From assembly GCA_004022145.1 (NCBI GenBank), contig RCNU01000006.1: a stretch of 64,000 nucleotides of DNA, one strand, 5' to 3'. The notes below the pieces were generated by a model. It saw only the letters and a program-made list of their open reading frames with translations, was not told the origin of the DNA and did no database searches. The position numbers and the translations under genes are program-made. This DNA is from Paecilomyces variotii (taxonomy: Eukaryota). This document shows, one piece after another, positions 26,685 through 42,735 of the stretch (its first letter is position 1; the number at the start of each line of letters is the position of its first letter).

Positions 26685-29436
26685 TCATGCACTATCTGCA
26701 AGCCATTCTCCTATCTCCACCAGTACTTCGGCAAGAGCCTCTACCTCAATATGGTCTTCGACTTGCCCTCCAGGTCCACTGATTCTCTCTACCACAATCC
26801 ACACGCCGCCCTCGTGCTCGAGTCCAGGCTGTAGGTCGAAATCATCGACACGAATACCAGATGCCGCGTCGCTGTGATCTCCGTCCTCCGACGTCGCTAG
26901 GATTCTCTTGTATGGTCCTTGGCCTAGCTCGACAGTCATCAATATTGGCGAAGGAGCTACTGCACGGCCAGCGATCGTAGAGTTTCTACTCCTTGCAATA
27001 AGCTTCACACGGGTGAGGCGCGGCACTGTCAAGGGAGCCAGGATCCGATCCACCCCAGGAGATAAAACCCCGATATCAGAAATAACGACTCGTCTTCCCG
27101 CCGTTTCCGCAGCTAGAGGTCGCACTTGGCATTTCTTTGTAGTGGAAATTGAAAGGGTGAATTTTCCGAGCTGGTCGGGAGCAAAGGTAGAACACACTAC
27201 AGTGTATAGACCTTTGGCCAGATCATTTGCTTCCGCAACCGCGCAGCCACGACGATAGTCGCCGCTGTCAACAGCAATATCACGGTTTCTCACAGTTGAG
27301 ACTCGTTTGCCATTCGACCAAAATAGCTTGACATGAGTGGCGAGCTCTGTCTCTGGAGTCTCCAGTAAGATAGCAATATCAGTTGGTTCAAACAGCTGCA
27401 GGCTGAACTGCGGATTGGACGGGTATCTGGCAGATTCTGCATTTCCGCCTGCCGTCGACTTGGTCCAGGCTGCTTGTACAGTCTCCACATACGCGTATTT
27501 ATCACGGGCTTTCGAAAGCTTTACAGGAGATGTGGAGAACGAAGATAGCGTGAAGCTTTGGGTCAATGCAGGGATTGACTGCTCAGTGACAACTACCGTG
27601 TAAGTCGTATTAGGCGGTATATCGACCTTCATCAACGTATTTGGTGAGTCGACGTAGGGGCCTCGATGAACGGCGCCATCGCTAAGAGAGACCTTCTGCC
27701 CATCCTTTTTGAAGATGTAAATGCTTATAAATTCAGATTCGTCGCGGTTCGATGAGGTGTCGAGGGACTTGGAGTCGTCAGGTGCGCTTGATCGAAAATG
27801 TTTGCTGAGAAGAAGCCATACAGAGCCGCCGGCACGCGTAGAAATCGCAAATTGTGGGTTCTTTGAGAAGCACCCTGGCGTTCCGCGTCCATTTGCCAGA
27901 TCCCATGAAAAATGAATATCTTCGCGATACTTAAAGAGGCCAGGGTTCCAGTTCAAGTAAAGGTTCTCGAAGTTTTGGAATATCTTGTCGCAGTCCATCC
28001 AGAATACGCCTGGGGAGAGAGATGAGGAAGTGTCCTGACGTCCGCTCCAAGGAGAAGACGCGTCTCTGTCGTCCTGAGAACCATCACGGAATCCTTCTCC
28101 TGCCGCCCACGGATTCTTCACAAGCATCTGGCGACGCCCTTTAGATTCTTTCATATCGAGAACCGCATAGTCATGCTCTCCTATCAGACCAAGAACTCTT
28201 TCCTCGCGCTCCGTCAATTTTCCTGTGCCAAGAGTCACGAGAACATCTCCATAATGGAAAGCTTTTAGAAGCCGTTTCCACAGCTGGTCTGAGGTCACTT
28301 CATCATCGTGCAGGAAGATCTGCTCGGGTATCCAGCCGCTCAGGACCCATAAGTCAGTGCCCGAATTACTGCCGGGGAAGTCATAACTCCCGCCACGGAC
28401 TTTCAAATATGCTTTCTCTAAAAGGGCAGGCCACAGAAGGTTGGGGTTGTTCCGGTCGACCACGTAGAGCGTGCGAGACGTCTTCGATGATGGCAGTCGG
28501 TCATCAATTATGACCTTTCGATAACATCCATTGAAGTAAAAGCGGAAAATATACTTTCCTGAGTGCGACAGTTTAGGCTTAAGTGCTCTCTGGTCATAGG
28601 GATGAATCATTGAAAAGGAAAGCTATCAATTGCGGTTAGTCAATTGGACCAGTACACGAGTGATGATAAATATCAATACCTCATGGTGGCCACGTTCTTC
28701 TCTGGAAGTTGTAGCGCACAAGCTGGCTACGACGGAACAATCCGTGGTGACATCCTGTATGAGGTCTATCTTGCTGGATCCACGTGTCGCTGGTCCATCA
28801 TTGTTCTCGTCATCAGCGACGTTAGTGAGAAGTTCATGAGGTCTCTTCCAGCCATTGAATATCTCTTGCTGGGTGGGTGAGAGACGAAGCTCTGATTTAT
28901 CCCTGCTCCCCGTCAGAACAAATGGCATAATGCAATTAATTATTCACTGGTACTTACTTGAACAATTCTTCGCCATTCTCCAATTCGAACTCCTCTGGAC
29001 CAGGAGCAGTTGTCCATGGCGGAAACAAGAATCCATTCAATTTCGCACCCTCAAGAAGGATGATCTCTTCGCGGGTCGTTAATTTCCGGGTAGATACGGG
29101 CTCTGTCAGCCTCAGAATATCATGCTCGCCTATACCAGCGGCCTGCTGCCAGTTCTTGGCATCTTTTATTTTTTCTGCCTTCTCAAGGAGTTCTTTGCAC
29201 TTTGCATCGAGCTTCTGTTTCTCTCTAGGCGCGCTAGTTAGTTTCAACGCTTTCATGTAATGTTCCGCGGCATCAATAGCAGCTTCCAGAGCTAGCCGCT
29301 GAGATGTAGCAGAAGCCACATCACGTTCCGCTTTCTATGCATTTGGTTAGTCGGTTGATGTACGCAAGGATGCTAGGAGAGTTACCAGAGCCTGGGCCAC
29401 ATGTGTTCTCTGCGCGGAAGAACCTGGTTGGGACAT
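26685..29436 (-). CDS. palB: Calpain-like cysteine protease PalB/Rim13 (pH signalling)
   Basis: N-terminal MIT-like helices (AAIDAAEHYMKAL); catalytic triad motifs QDVTTDCSVVASL, HDYAV and KNPW; LWPALLEKAYLK. Confidence 0.93.
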
Positions 29437-30165
29437 CGTGGTCGGGATCAGTGCAGTCCGATCAAACGATCAGCGGCCGGAGCCCCTCGCAGTGGGAATG
29501 TACCCGCAACGGTCACACATGAACGAAAGGGGAGCAGAACTAGTAACTAAACAGTGGTCGCGGTAAGGATAGGGACTTGCTTGATGACATGCCCGAGCCC
29601 AGCCGTTTCACTTTCCGATCACCGATCCTCAGATATCCGACTCCCGAGGACAAAGTACAGAGGATGTACGGTGAGTGGCTGGTGAGAGGCGGAGGACAAG
29701 GTATGACACGCCGGAAGCGTTCTCTGATAGATAGCGCTATCAGAGTGTTGAATCATGAATGTCGCGTGGGTGGAGGCACTTAGTACTGTGGTGGCCGTGG
29801 GCGACTCGGCCCATCTCTAGTCAGTTGGAGAGCCGAAGCCTCGGCTCTTTTGTGTCTCCCCGGTGTCGTACCGATAGGACCTAGGTGCCCTTCTCCAGTT
29901 CTCAGTGATCCATGCTGAGTTCTGACCGGTGGCCATGACTCTCGACCGATCGTTTTGATTCTATTATTTTATTTTTTGTTTTTTTACGGTGGCTGGCCAG
30001 ATATCATTGTTTCAGTTAAGACCCCTTTTAACGTGCCAGGTGGGAAACTAGACCTCCGGTCCCCGCCCTACCTATCTCCGTAACCCGTCGCTTTTTTTTA
30101 GGATCAAGCCAGAGAAGGCTTTCCTGGGGAGACACAGAGACAACTACTGATCCTTCTCTGATCTA

Positions 30166-31350
30166 ATGGCTGGTCAGTCGAAGCAGGCGCGTCTGGGGCC
30201 ATGGGAGAGCGCAATCGCCGGTGCAACCGGTGCAGTGCTGGCGAATGCGCTCGTATACCCACTGGATCTGTATGTTCATTGGTGGCTGGCTTTTTCCTAA
30301 TACTGCTTGTACTAATTGATGGTGGTTTAGTGTCAAGACGAAGCTTCAGGTCCAAGTTAAGAACCAAAATGCTACCAAGAGTGTCGCTCCCGGATATGAG
30401 CAACACTACGAGTCCACCATGGACGCCATTAACAAGATCGTCAAAGATGAGGGTGTTGCGGGACTATATGCGGGAATAAACGGTGCTCTGCTGGGAGTCG
30501 CGTCGACAAATTTCGCTTATTTCTACTGGTACTCGGTGGTACGAACGCTATACATGGCTTCCAACAAACTGCCCAAGCCCCCCGGCACTGCGATCGAGCT
30601 TAGTCTCGGCGCCGTAGCTGGTGCTGTCGCGCAAATCTTCACAATCCCAGTGGCCGTCATCACAACACGACAGCAGACACAGCCAAAGGGGGATAAGAAA
30701 GGTCTGTTTGATACAGGTCGGGAGGTCGTCAACAGCGAGGACGGTTGGTCTGGCCTGTGGAGAGGTCTGAAGGCCAGCTTGGTTCTTGTGGTGAACCCTG
30801 CCATCACATACGGAGCGTACCAGCGATTGAAGGACATTCTCTTCCCTGGAAAAGCGAGTCTCAAACCGTGGGAGGCTTTCGGTAAATTCTGATAGTGTGC
30901 TTGTCTAAACGTGTAAAGATTCTGACGCATTGCAGTCCTTGGTGCCCTTTCGAAAGCATTGGCGACCATTGCGACCCAGCCTTTGATTGTCGCAAAGGTT
31001 GGTCTGCAGTCGCGTCCCCCTCCTGGTCGTGAGGGAAAGCCTTTCAAGAGCTTTGTCGAAGTTATGCGATATATCATTGACAACGAGGGACCCCTTTCCC
31101 TCTTCAAGGGAATCGGCCCTCAGATCACCAAGGGGCTCCTGGTCCAGGGTTTCCTTATGATGACGAAAGAAAGGTAGGCCTCGTTGCTTCCACCTTTTTC
31201 TCTACGCTTTATCTAACAGTTGATAGGGTGGAACTCCTGTTTCTCGTTCTCTTCGCCTATCTCCAGAAACTCAAGCAATCGCGATTGCGGAAGGCGGCCG
31301 ACGCTGCCGCTGAGAAGGCTAAGACCAGCCTTCCGGCTACTCTGAAATAG
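30166..31350 (+). CDS. ANT1: Peroxisomal adenine nucleotide carrier (mitochondrial carrier family)
   Basis: Carrier repeats YPLDLVKTKLQ, IPVAVITTRQQ and QPLIVAKVGLQ; GLWRGLKASLVLVVNPAITYG; 3 introns; stop TAG at 31348-31350. Confidence 0.88.
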
Positions 31351-32007
31351 TCCTACACACTTCCCTTTTACATGTATCGTCTGTTTCCTGTTTCTGTGGC
31401 CTTTGCGTATTCTCTTCCTATTCTGTTCTCGGGGATTGTATAGATCTTCTTATCTTTATTCTGTGTTTCCTACATGTATCGTCCGGTCCGTCGAAGAGTG
31501 CAAGGAGCTGGCTCTACTCTGGAACTCTCCTCCCCGCGGGCTGAATATGAAAACAGAGACTTGAGTATTCTTAGATACTGGGTACATGCCAAACAATGGA
31601 CAAAGTGTTGAAAAATGCCCGTGCTGGCACTGATCAGTCAATATTCAACCGTAGACTAGTTACTTATTTATATATCCGTAACTACGACTGATTATCAAAG
31701 TAAACAAATAGTCCACTATTACTAGAATGAGAAAACCGTATAGGGGGTAAAAAAAGTCAAAAACAGTCAACCTCTATCCCATTAGTCATGAACTGTTCCT
31801 AGTAGTACCACGATCATGGACAGTATTTTACTCGAATAGGAAAGCCGAGGTAGAGACCTGACATAGTCAAGCTACCCAGATGATCGGACCGCCAAGATAA
31901 ACTTACCACTATCTAACTCCGAATTTCCGCGTCTAATCGACCAATTCGTCACAAACCACACCCTCTCGCGCATTATCAGCCCTGCCTTCAAAAGGGCATG
32001 GACAGAC

Positions 32008-33053
32008 ATGCCATGGCTGCCATGGTCTTTCAAATCGAAAGAGAACTCCGATAGCACTGAATCTCAATCCTCTCCAGACACCACCGCAACACAACAACAA
32101 CAACAACCGGCATCAGTCCCACCCAACAAGAACAGCAAAGACTGGAACTCAATTCTCAATGCTACGGATTGGATCAAGTTCACAGAGCCATCTCACGTCA
32201 TCCCTACAGTTCTCTTGACGAGTGGGATTTTATTCGCCGTCCACGTCCATCGTCGGTTCTTGCGCCGGATTCCCGAAGCGGTCGATATCGCCCCGTCGTA
32301 TTTTCGCAAGAGGAGTATATTAGGCCAGGTTACGAGCGTGGGCGATGGGGATAATTTTAGAATATTCCATACTCCTGGTGGGAGGCTTGCGGGGTGGGGT
32401 TGGTTACGGGAAATACCTACGTCGAGAAAGGAGTTGAAGGCGAGAACGGTATGTGATTGTTTCTTTGTTTGTTTTCTTGCGTGAGAATTTTAAGTTATTT
32501 TTTTTTATAATCTCTCTATATGTTTGTGGATTGGATTGGATTGAATTGCAGTGCTGATATGGATGCTATGTATTTTTAGATCCACGTCCGCCTCGCAGGT
32601 ATCGATGCTCCAGAACTCGCGCATTTCGGCCGTCCCGCACAACCGTTCGCCCGTGAAGCGCACGAATGGCTCACCTCATACCTCCTCAATCGGCGCGTGC
32701 GCGCATATCTCCATCGTCCGGATCAGTACCAACGTGTCGTGGCTACCGTGTACGTGCGACGTCTTCTCGACTTCCCGATTCCATTTCGACGACGAGATGT
32801 GTCGTACGAGATGCTGAAGCGCGGATTAGCCACCATCTATGAGGCCAAGAGGGGAGCTGAGTTTGGTGGTGAGGCGATGGAGCAGAAGTACCGGAAAGCG
32901 GAATGGTGGGCAAAAATGAAAGGGAAGGGTCTCTGGAGGGACTATAAGCGCAATGGATCCGAGTGGGAGAGTCCTAGGGATTATAAGAATCGCATGGGGA
33001 TGACGGGTTTGGGAGAAGATACTACGTCGCCTTCAAAGACGAAGCGCGTTTAG
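32008..33053 (+). CDS. LCL3: Staphylococcal-nuclease-like endonuclease Lcl3
   Basis: Transmembrane segment followed by [35 protein letters not shown] and [10 protein letters not shown]; one intron at about 32449-32579. Confidence 0.9.
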
Positions 33054-33518
33054 CATGTCCTTTTTGGGACCGTTTGCATGATAGATAGTTTATGACTCTG
33101 ATGTTTTAATGTGATTTAGCGAGGGACCTGGGCCTCTAGGCCAGCTGCGGTATAGGTGCATATGATACGAACCCGAAAGTCAATGAAATTCATCCGTCAA
33201 TTGAGACTATGCAATCTATTGTCTAGACGCATGATGCACATCACATCTGGTATATCGCAATGGGTCCATGGGTAGTCTTGAGCAAGCCGCTTCTAGGAGA
33301 CCGTCCAGATAACCGTCCGATGAACCTCGTACACCCAAACCAAAAAAAAGAGACCGTTACCAGCGTCATCATACAGGAGTCTATGAAATCAGCATCTCAA
33401 CAGATAACGCGAGGAATCACATACCCATGAAAAAAGGCTAAAAATGTAGACCGTGGCTCAAAGAACGAAAGGAAAAACGTGGTATATATACAGGCTCGCA
33501 ATATAGGAGCATTGGTCT

Positions 33519-34317
33519 CTAAGTAAATCGCCGTTCGATTTCTGCGAAAAGCTTCGGACTGATCTCATCACTGGAATTGCCTTCCGCGCGGAAGAGGCAA
33601 CCGTTGCGCTCGTAGTGCTCGAGCAGAGGTCTGCTAGTCTCTTCAAACTTCTTCAGCCGTTGTGTCCATGTGTCTATAGAATCGTCATCTCGTTGTGTGA
33701 GTGGCTCCCCGGTTATATCATCCTTTCCAGGGACCTTGGGAGGATTAAATTCCGTGTTATAGACCCTTCCCGACTGCGCATGTATCCATCTGGAGGCGAT
33801 ACGAGAGAGAATAATCTCTGGAGGCGTGAGCAGATGGACGGCCAGATTGATCGGAATGAGTTTGTCCAGGCTAGCAGCCTGTGCTGTTGTTCGAGGAAAG
33901 CCGTCGAGGATGAAAGAAGCAGAGGGAGATAACTGGAAAGCCGGAGCAGGATTGCTGGAGGAAGAAGCTGTCTTGCTGGAGGTCGGGGTAAGCCAGCCCC
34001 TCGCCTGTAGTTCGGAGGAGATCAGGTCGAGAATCGTCGAATCCGGGACGAGGTTCCCGGCCAACATTGTTGACTCGGCCTTGATTCCTGTTCATAGAAT
34101 TGTCAGATCGCCGTACTCGTGATCATGAACGTCTTCAGAATGTGTATCCCGTACCCAGTGGGGTCTTCTTCCTGACATTCTCCCGCAAAAGGTCTCCTGA
34201 GCTGATGGCAGCTAACTGTGGAAACCGTGCTATGAGCCTTTCTGTCTGTGTGCCCTTTCCTACACCAGGCGCGCCGATGAGGATAATGCGAGCTGCTTTC
34301 CGGAAATGCCTCGCCAT
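33519..34317 (-). CDS. ADK2: Mitochondrial GTP:AMP phosphotransferase (adenylate kinase Adk2/AK3 type)
   Basis: P-loop GAPGVGKGTQ, ISSGDLLR, ILDGFPRT, and LID region RWIHAQSGRVYN...DDITGEPLTQRDDD. Confidence 0.88.
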
Positions 34318-35044
34318 TGTTTGCGATATTGCCCTTCGCACCGCAGCCACCTGCGAAATTTCGAGTTCACTTTCAGGGCAAGCGGTGGCAGTTGGATCTT
34401 TTTGACCTGTCCGAGCGGAGATCGAAAAAATGAGGAGACGATCTTAAGCGGGGAACAGGCGACGAAGTGACCGTCTATATCTATACCATTTTGGCCAATG
34501 GGACAGGAATGATGGGAGGACAACCTGGAGTCACGCTGTGGAGTGGAACAGCAGAATTTCGAAAGACGGAGAACACGGCGTTGTTCCTGGGATATTACTC
34601 AGACAGGCGGCGCGTCCCGTGAGGAGATGGGAGCATTGGGGAAACGTGTGGGGTTGACCTTTGTTGGGTCGCCGGTGAGCCGAGCTTCCTGCCGCAGTCT
34701 CGTGATGGTAGATAGTTAAGGTAATCAACTTGGTAATCACTGCCAAGTCGTGCTTGAAGCACGGCGTGGGATCACCGGCTAGTTGGTCAGATAGTGAAGA
34801 GAGATATAGATCCGATCATATCCTCTAGGTTCAGATCTACTCGAGTATACTACTATGTATACAACATACGATGTCGAATCTCGATGGTACTGCGAATCCG
34901 GGGAAGCTTGAGTGGTTCCTCGGCTGTGCATGACCTGCAGGCGAACAAAACGCCAACACAGCAAAAGCCACGAGAATGCGGAGTCTCCAGAAGTACCAGA
35001 CAGTAGTATTTCCGACTCCCGACTCCCGAGGGTGCCTGTTTGAT

Positions 35045-35104
35045 CACGTGGTGCATTTCTCCAATTATGTCACGTGACACCGATGCGCGCGTCACGCGTC
35101 GCGT
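35045..35104. promoter_or_regulatory. MCB (ACGCGT) cluster and CACGTG E-boxes upstream of PRI2
   Basis: CACGTG at 35045-35050; palindrome TGTCACGTGACA at 35068-35079; ACGCGT at 35094-35099 flanked by GCGCGT and TCGCGT. Confidence 0.65.
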
Positions 35105-35212
35105 CGACGGTCCGCGGAACACTGAATGGCTCTGCCACTATTACTATCTCCGATCTCGAGTGCTATCAACAACAGACATAGCAACCGGATTGGGGTTCGT
35201 GGCACCACCAAG

Positions 35213-36825
35213 ATGATTCGACAAGATGCCAGTCGTATCGATGCGAAGCGGAGAGCCACTTTGGACTACAAGAAGAAGCAGTTCGCGGCTCCGACGTATA
35301 AGCAACAGGATTACCCGTATCGGTTGAATTTCTACGAGATCCCGCCGACCGCAGAGATCACTCTCGAACAATTCGAACAATGGGCTATCGACCGACTGAA
35401 GAGTATGCACTTCCATCTTTCCTCGACGATCTACATGTCTGACAGTGGCTCCAGTTCTTGCTGAGATTGAAGCATGTTCGTTTCGCAACAAGACGGCCGC
35501 CGAAACCGCGGCCCATATCACCCCTCTCCTGCAGAAATTCCTCCCTCTTTCCTCCAATACATCGTCCGCATCCGGTGCCGCGGACCAGCGATTGAAGAAT
35601 GAGCGGCAAAAAGATCATTACTCTCACTTTATCCTGCGCCTCGCGTTCTCGGCCACCGAGGACCTGAGACATCGATTCGTGCGGGCAGAAACTATGCTCT
35701 TCAAATTTCGTTTCCAACAGGATGATTCCAAGGAGCGACGTGCCTTTATCGAGAGCCTAAACCTCGACTGGGAGGTCGTCAGTGATGAGGAGAAACGCGA
35801 ACTAGCAGAGAACCTCGTCAACGCGACACCAGGCCTGCGTCGCTTGGACGACGAGAGCTGGTACAAGGTCGACTGGGAAAGAGTGCCAGAGCTGGTTGAA
35901 CGACGATCGGTCTATTTGAGAAAGGGAAAGGCATACGTTCCCGGCAGAGAACAATTGAGTATGATTATCGCAGAATTTACCGCACGGCTGGAACGGGCGA
36001 TGGAGGTATGATCATGCAATCCAGACCGAGATACGAGATTTTCTTGCTAAAGTTATCTAGCTCACTAGCAGGGCCCTCCCTCGTTTGGATGAGGATGACC
36101 GTCTCACTCCAATCTTGAACCATTTGTCGAAGAATTTCGGCAGTGCAGACACCGTCTACTCAGAAGGTGAAGGTGTCGTCGATGGTGCGCCCATCACTGC
36201 GTCTTCCATCGACCATCTTTCTCAGCACTTTCCGCTATGCATGCGGAGCCTGCATATGACGCTGCGCAAGAACAATCACCTGAAGCACTTTGGTCGTCTA
36301 CAGTATACGTTGTTCTTGAAAGGCATCGGTTTATCATTGGAAGAGTGTATCGTCTTCTGGCGTCAGTCTTTCAAGGGCTTTACGGACGATGAGTTCAACT
36401 CCAGATACAAGTACAATATCCGCCACGCTTACGGTGATGTGGGTGGAGATGCCAACCGCAGAGGCAGAGGGTATCCTCCCTATTCGTGTCAAAAGATCTT
36501 GGGCGAGTCGGGACCCAGTGTTGGCCAAACCCATGGCTGTCCATACCGACACTTTTCTGTGGACAATCTGATCGTACTCCTTCAGTCCACCGGAGTACAC
36601 GACAAGGATGTTCTCCGCGGCGTAAAAGAGGATGTCGAGAAGACTCGCTATCATATCGCCTGCAACAGAGTCTTCGAGTGGGCGCACAAGGCGGAGATCA
36701 AGAAAGTCAAGGAAGACGGAACGTGGAATCAGACCGACCTCGATACTATCGTTCACCCTAACACTTATTTCAAGCGCAGCTACCTTCTGAAGCAGCTCGG
36801 GAAACCACCCAAGGGGAACAACTAG
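35213..36825 (+). CDS. PRI2: DNA primase large subunit
   Basis: EITLEQFEQWAIDRL, KDHYSHFILRLAF, Fe-S region HFPLCM...HLKHFGRLQYTLFLKGIGL...PYSC...HGCPYRH...HIACNRVFE; 2 introns. Confidence 0.96.
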
Positions 36826-37636
36826 GAAGAAGGAATAGACGACGGACGAATTGACGGCAGCTTGTTCATAATATGCATGTTCTGGGATGACTCGGTAAAC
36901 CAAGGATTTCATACGGCGTTCTGGCGTGCTTATCTTTTTCATTTCAGGCAGAGGTACAGATAGCCCGAAGTTCAAATTATATCATTCCTTTTTTCCCCGC
37001 AAGACATGAGATGACATGGCGTAGACCAGTTCGCTCCTTACAGCATGCCATAGCCATAGCCTTTCTGAACTCTTCAGCGGCATGTTTAAGCCATGTTTTA
37101 CTACGAATGGACTGCAGAAATTTATGTAACCGCGGCTGATTCCCAATTCATCAACAAGGATCGAAACGACCTTTCAAAGCCAGGTGCCCAGCGATGGGTA
37201 ATTTGTTCTACGCGCGACGCGAAAACAGCCTCATCATTGATTTGACAGAGGTTGACATCAGTAATGTGATTGTAAGTCGGCGTAACAAAATGTAGATGAA
37301 GAAGAAAAGAAAAAGAAAAAGAGGAAATTCGGCGGGTGGAGAGAATTTAAGCAGTCGGGACTTAGCGCCAAGCCCGGGTGGCTGTAGAGACCAAAGATGC
37401 TGCAACCTGGCTTCATGCCAGAAGGCCAGGTTCACAAAACATAACGCATCTCAGGACCAAGCCCACGTCTCTCGAAGGACAATTAAGGGTTTGCCTGTCA
37501 CGAGAAACGATTATGCTACAGGCAAAATATTCTTGATTTCTCTTCGAAGTTTACGAGCTGCTTGTTTTTCCAACTTCCTATACCCTGTTGTGTATACCAC
37601 TCCGAATCGGCACCTGATTGAGAGCAGCCCGCCAAC

Positions 37637-40270
<2,634 letters not shown>

Positions 40271-40706
40271 ACATGACGAGGAGATGATAGTAACTCAGAA
40301 AGGGCGGTTAAACGTCACATATTCTAGTCATGTGTATCTTTAGCGCGAAGTCCTCGTTTCCATACCGGCAATATATTCCATTGAATGATTAATACAAAAC
40401 AGACAGTTTAGCTATTTTAGCAGCAGGTTGACAGTCTTTATCGTGCTTTGTAAAACGGAATTACAGTAGTTGTCGTAAATCCCATGAGCTTAGAGTTGTG
40501 ATTGGACAATATAAGTGATCACATGACCCTGTAGGGTTAAGCCCTTATGAATCACCAATTTTGGGAAAATTCGCTTAGATAGCGCAGCCGTTAGCCCAAC
40601 TACTAATCTCAACCATCTTCACGTCGGGAGCTTTCTTTCTCTTCCTCGACAACCACCACCTTTCGAACTTTTTCCCAAGGAAGATAGACGACCTTTCGCA
40701 CTCGCC

Positions 40707-41451
40707 ATGCGTAAGTATCATCTCCTTGGATGGCATAAGCCAGGCGACTAACATTTCTCCTATTGGGTAGCTCCTAAGTTCGATCCCAATGAGGTGAAGA
40801 TCATGTAAGTTCCAGCCCTTCTATGCGCTCAGTGTCGCAAATGCTGACCATTTCTTCTCTTATAGCCACCTGAGGGCCACTGGTGGTGAGGTCGGAGCCC
40901 AGTCTGCTCTGGCCCCCAAGATCGGTCCTCTCGGTCTGTCTCCCAAGAAGATTGGTGAAGATATTGCCAAGGCCACCGGTGACTGGGTAAGGAGACGAAC
41001 AGACAAATTCGCGTTTGGAAGGAAGCATTATAGCTAACAACTGCTGTTCTTGCATACAGAAAGGTCTCCGTGTCACCGTCAAGCTCACCATCCAGAACCG
41101 TCAGGCTCAGGTCTCGGTTGTCCCCTCCGCCTCTTCCCTGGTCATCAAGGCCCTGAAGGAGCCCCCCCGTGACAGGAAGAAGGAGAAGAACATCAAGCAC
41201 ACCAAGAGCATTCCTCTTGATGAGATCATCGACATTGCCCGCATCATGCGCAGCCGTTCCTTCGCCAAGGAGCTGAAGGGTACCGTTCTCGAGATCCTCG
41301 GAACTGCTTTCTCCGTCGGTTGCCAGGTCGATGGCCGCAGCCCCAAGGATGTCGGTGACGACATCAAGGCTGGCGAGATTGACAGTATGTTCACTCAGTA
41401 ATATGTCTTCTTGGTCAAAATGCTAACGAGGACACAGTTCCCTCCGAGTAA
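40707..41451 (+). CDS. RPL12: 60S ribosomal protein L12 (uL11)
   Basis: 4-nt first coding exon [17 protein letters not shown]...[25 protein letters not shown]...[22 protein letters not shown]; 4 introns. Confidence 0.97.
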
Positions 41452-42459
41452 ATGTTCGATAATGAAACTGGCGATCATTTTTCTCGTTTGTAACCACATG
41501 CAGATGTAATACCCTGCAGGGTCAGATACGAGAATATGATAGCTTCAAAAGATTTATGAGACACGACCTTTTCCTTTTTTGTGTTCATCTGCTCCATCGT
41601 CGCTCAAACAAACCCGCTGATGCTTTCGTCCATGCGTTCCCTTTCAGGCTGGCCCCAGCCCCCTCGTTCCTCTTCAGTTCCCTCGCTTCCCCATAGCGAT
41701 TCGGACGACAGGCGAATGACTATTTCAAAGCTTGCGAGCTCAGTCTCCGACCTTTGCCACACTCTGGCCCTTACCGTCCTTTCCCATCTGGGATTGGTAA
41801 ACATTCCTCCACGGTATAGGCTTATTTTGGTGCAAAGAAGATCAACTTCAGACCCATTACTCACCGCGGTATCTTCAGGAGGGAGACTTTGTCTCTCTCC
41901 CGTGGATACAGTGGTCCATATTTCGGGCCGACATGCCATCCTGCTAGATGGATTATGGGCTTCATGTCCCTTGTAGGCTTTTGCGTAGACCAGTCGATAG
42001 CTATATATATCATATACTCGATTCAGACAATATTGACCAAAAACAAATTCCTACAGTAACTACAGTAGATTCTTCATTCCTAAGAGGATCACTCTTTTCC
42101 CAACGACCATCTTGTAGTCTGACCTATTTCTTCTCTTCCCTCCGCTCCCGACCATCCCGCCGCTTCAAGCCACAGGACCACCGGTCTATGGGTTTCTTTC
42201 TCAAAAACTGGCCGAACCTTCAACAAAAGCATTCGGGGATCCCGATAATAATAATAATTTGCCCAAGCCCACGAACCGCGCGGAAAGCCCCACTTTCTAT
42301 CGCTTAAACGAAGCGGAGACTGGAAAGACAGAGAAGGATCTCCTGAGTCCTGACTCGATTTTAAGTTTTCATCCATGTAGTTATCCGGATTCGATTGGGA
42401 AAGCCATAGACTACGCTCCGTAGTACTAAGTAGAAGTAGATAGGAAAGTAAGCCCGAAG

Positions 42460-42735
42460 AAAGAAAGAAGAAAGAAAGAAAGAAAGAAAGAACCTATTGT
42501 CCCTATACAGGTATGGAAAATATGTAATTAGTAAATGCAGTTGATTGAAAATCTGAGGGTCTCCTATGGTATACTTCGGCTCGGAATGAAAGGGTTTAAC
42601 TATTCTTTTTCTTTTTCTTTTTCTTTTTCTTTTTCTTTTTCTTTTTCTTTTTCTTTTTGCCCTCACTAATTAACTGGAAACTGACTACAGTAGTGATATC
42701 TCTATCAAACCTAGAAAGAAAGAAAGAAAGAAACA
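42460..42735. repeat. Microsatellites (GAAA)n, (TTTTTC)n and (AAGA)n
   Basis: Visible tandem runs at about 42460-42490, 42604-42658 and 42713-42733. Confidence 0.9.

Noticed and set aside
37210-37225. ACGCGCGACGCGAAAA (MCB/SCB-like) between PRI2 and SEC23
   Set aside because: A single short match with no clear target gene; could be chance.
42361-42666. ORF with a (KR)n run
   Set aside because: It is the translation of the (TTTTTC)n microsatellite.
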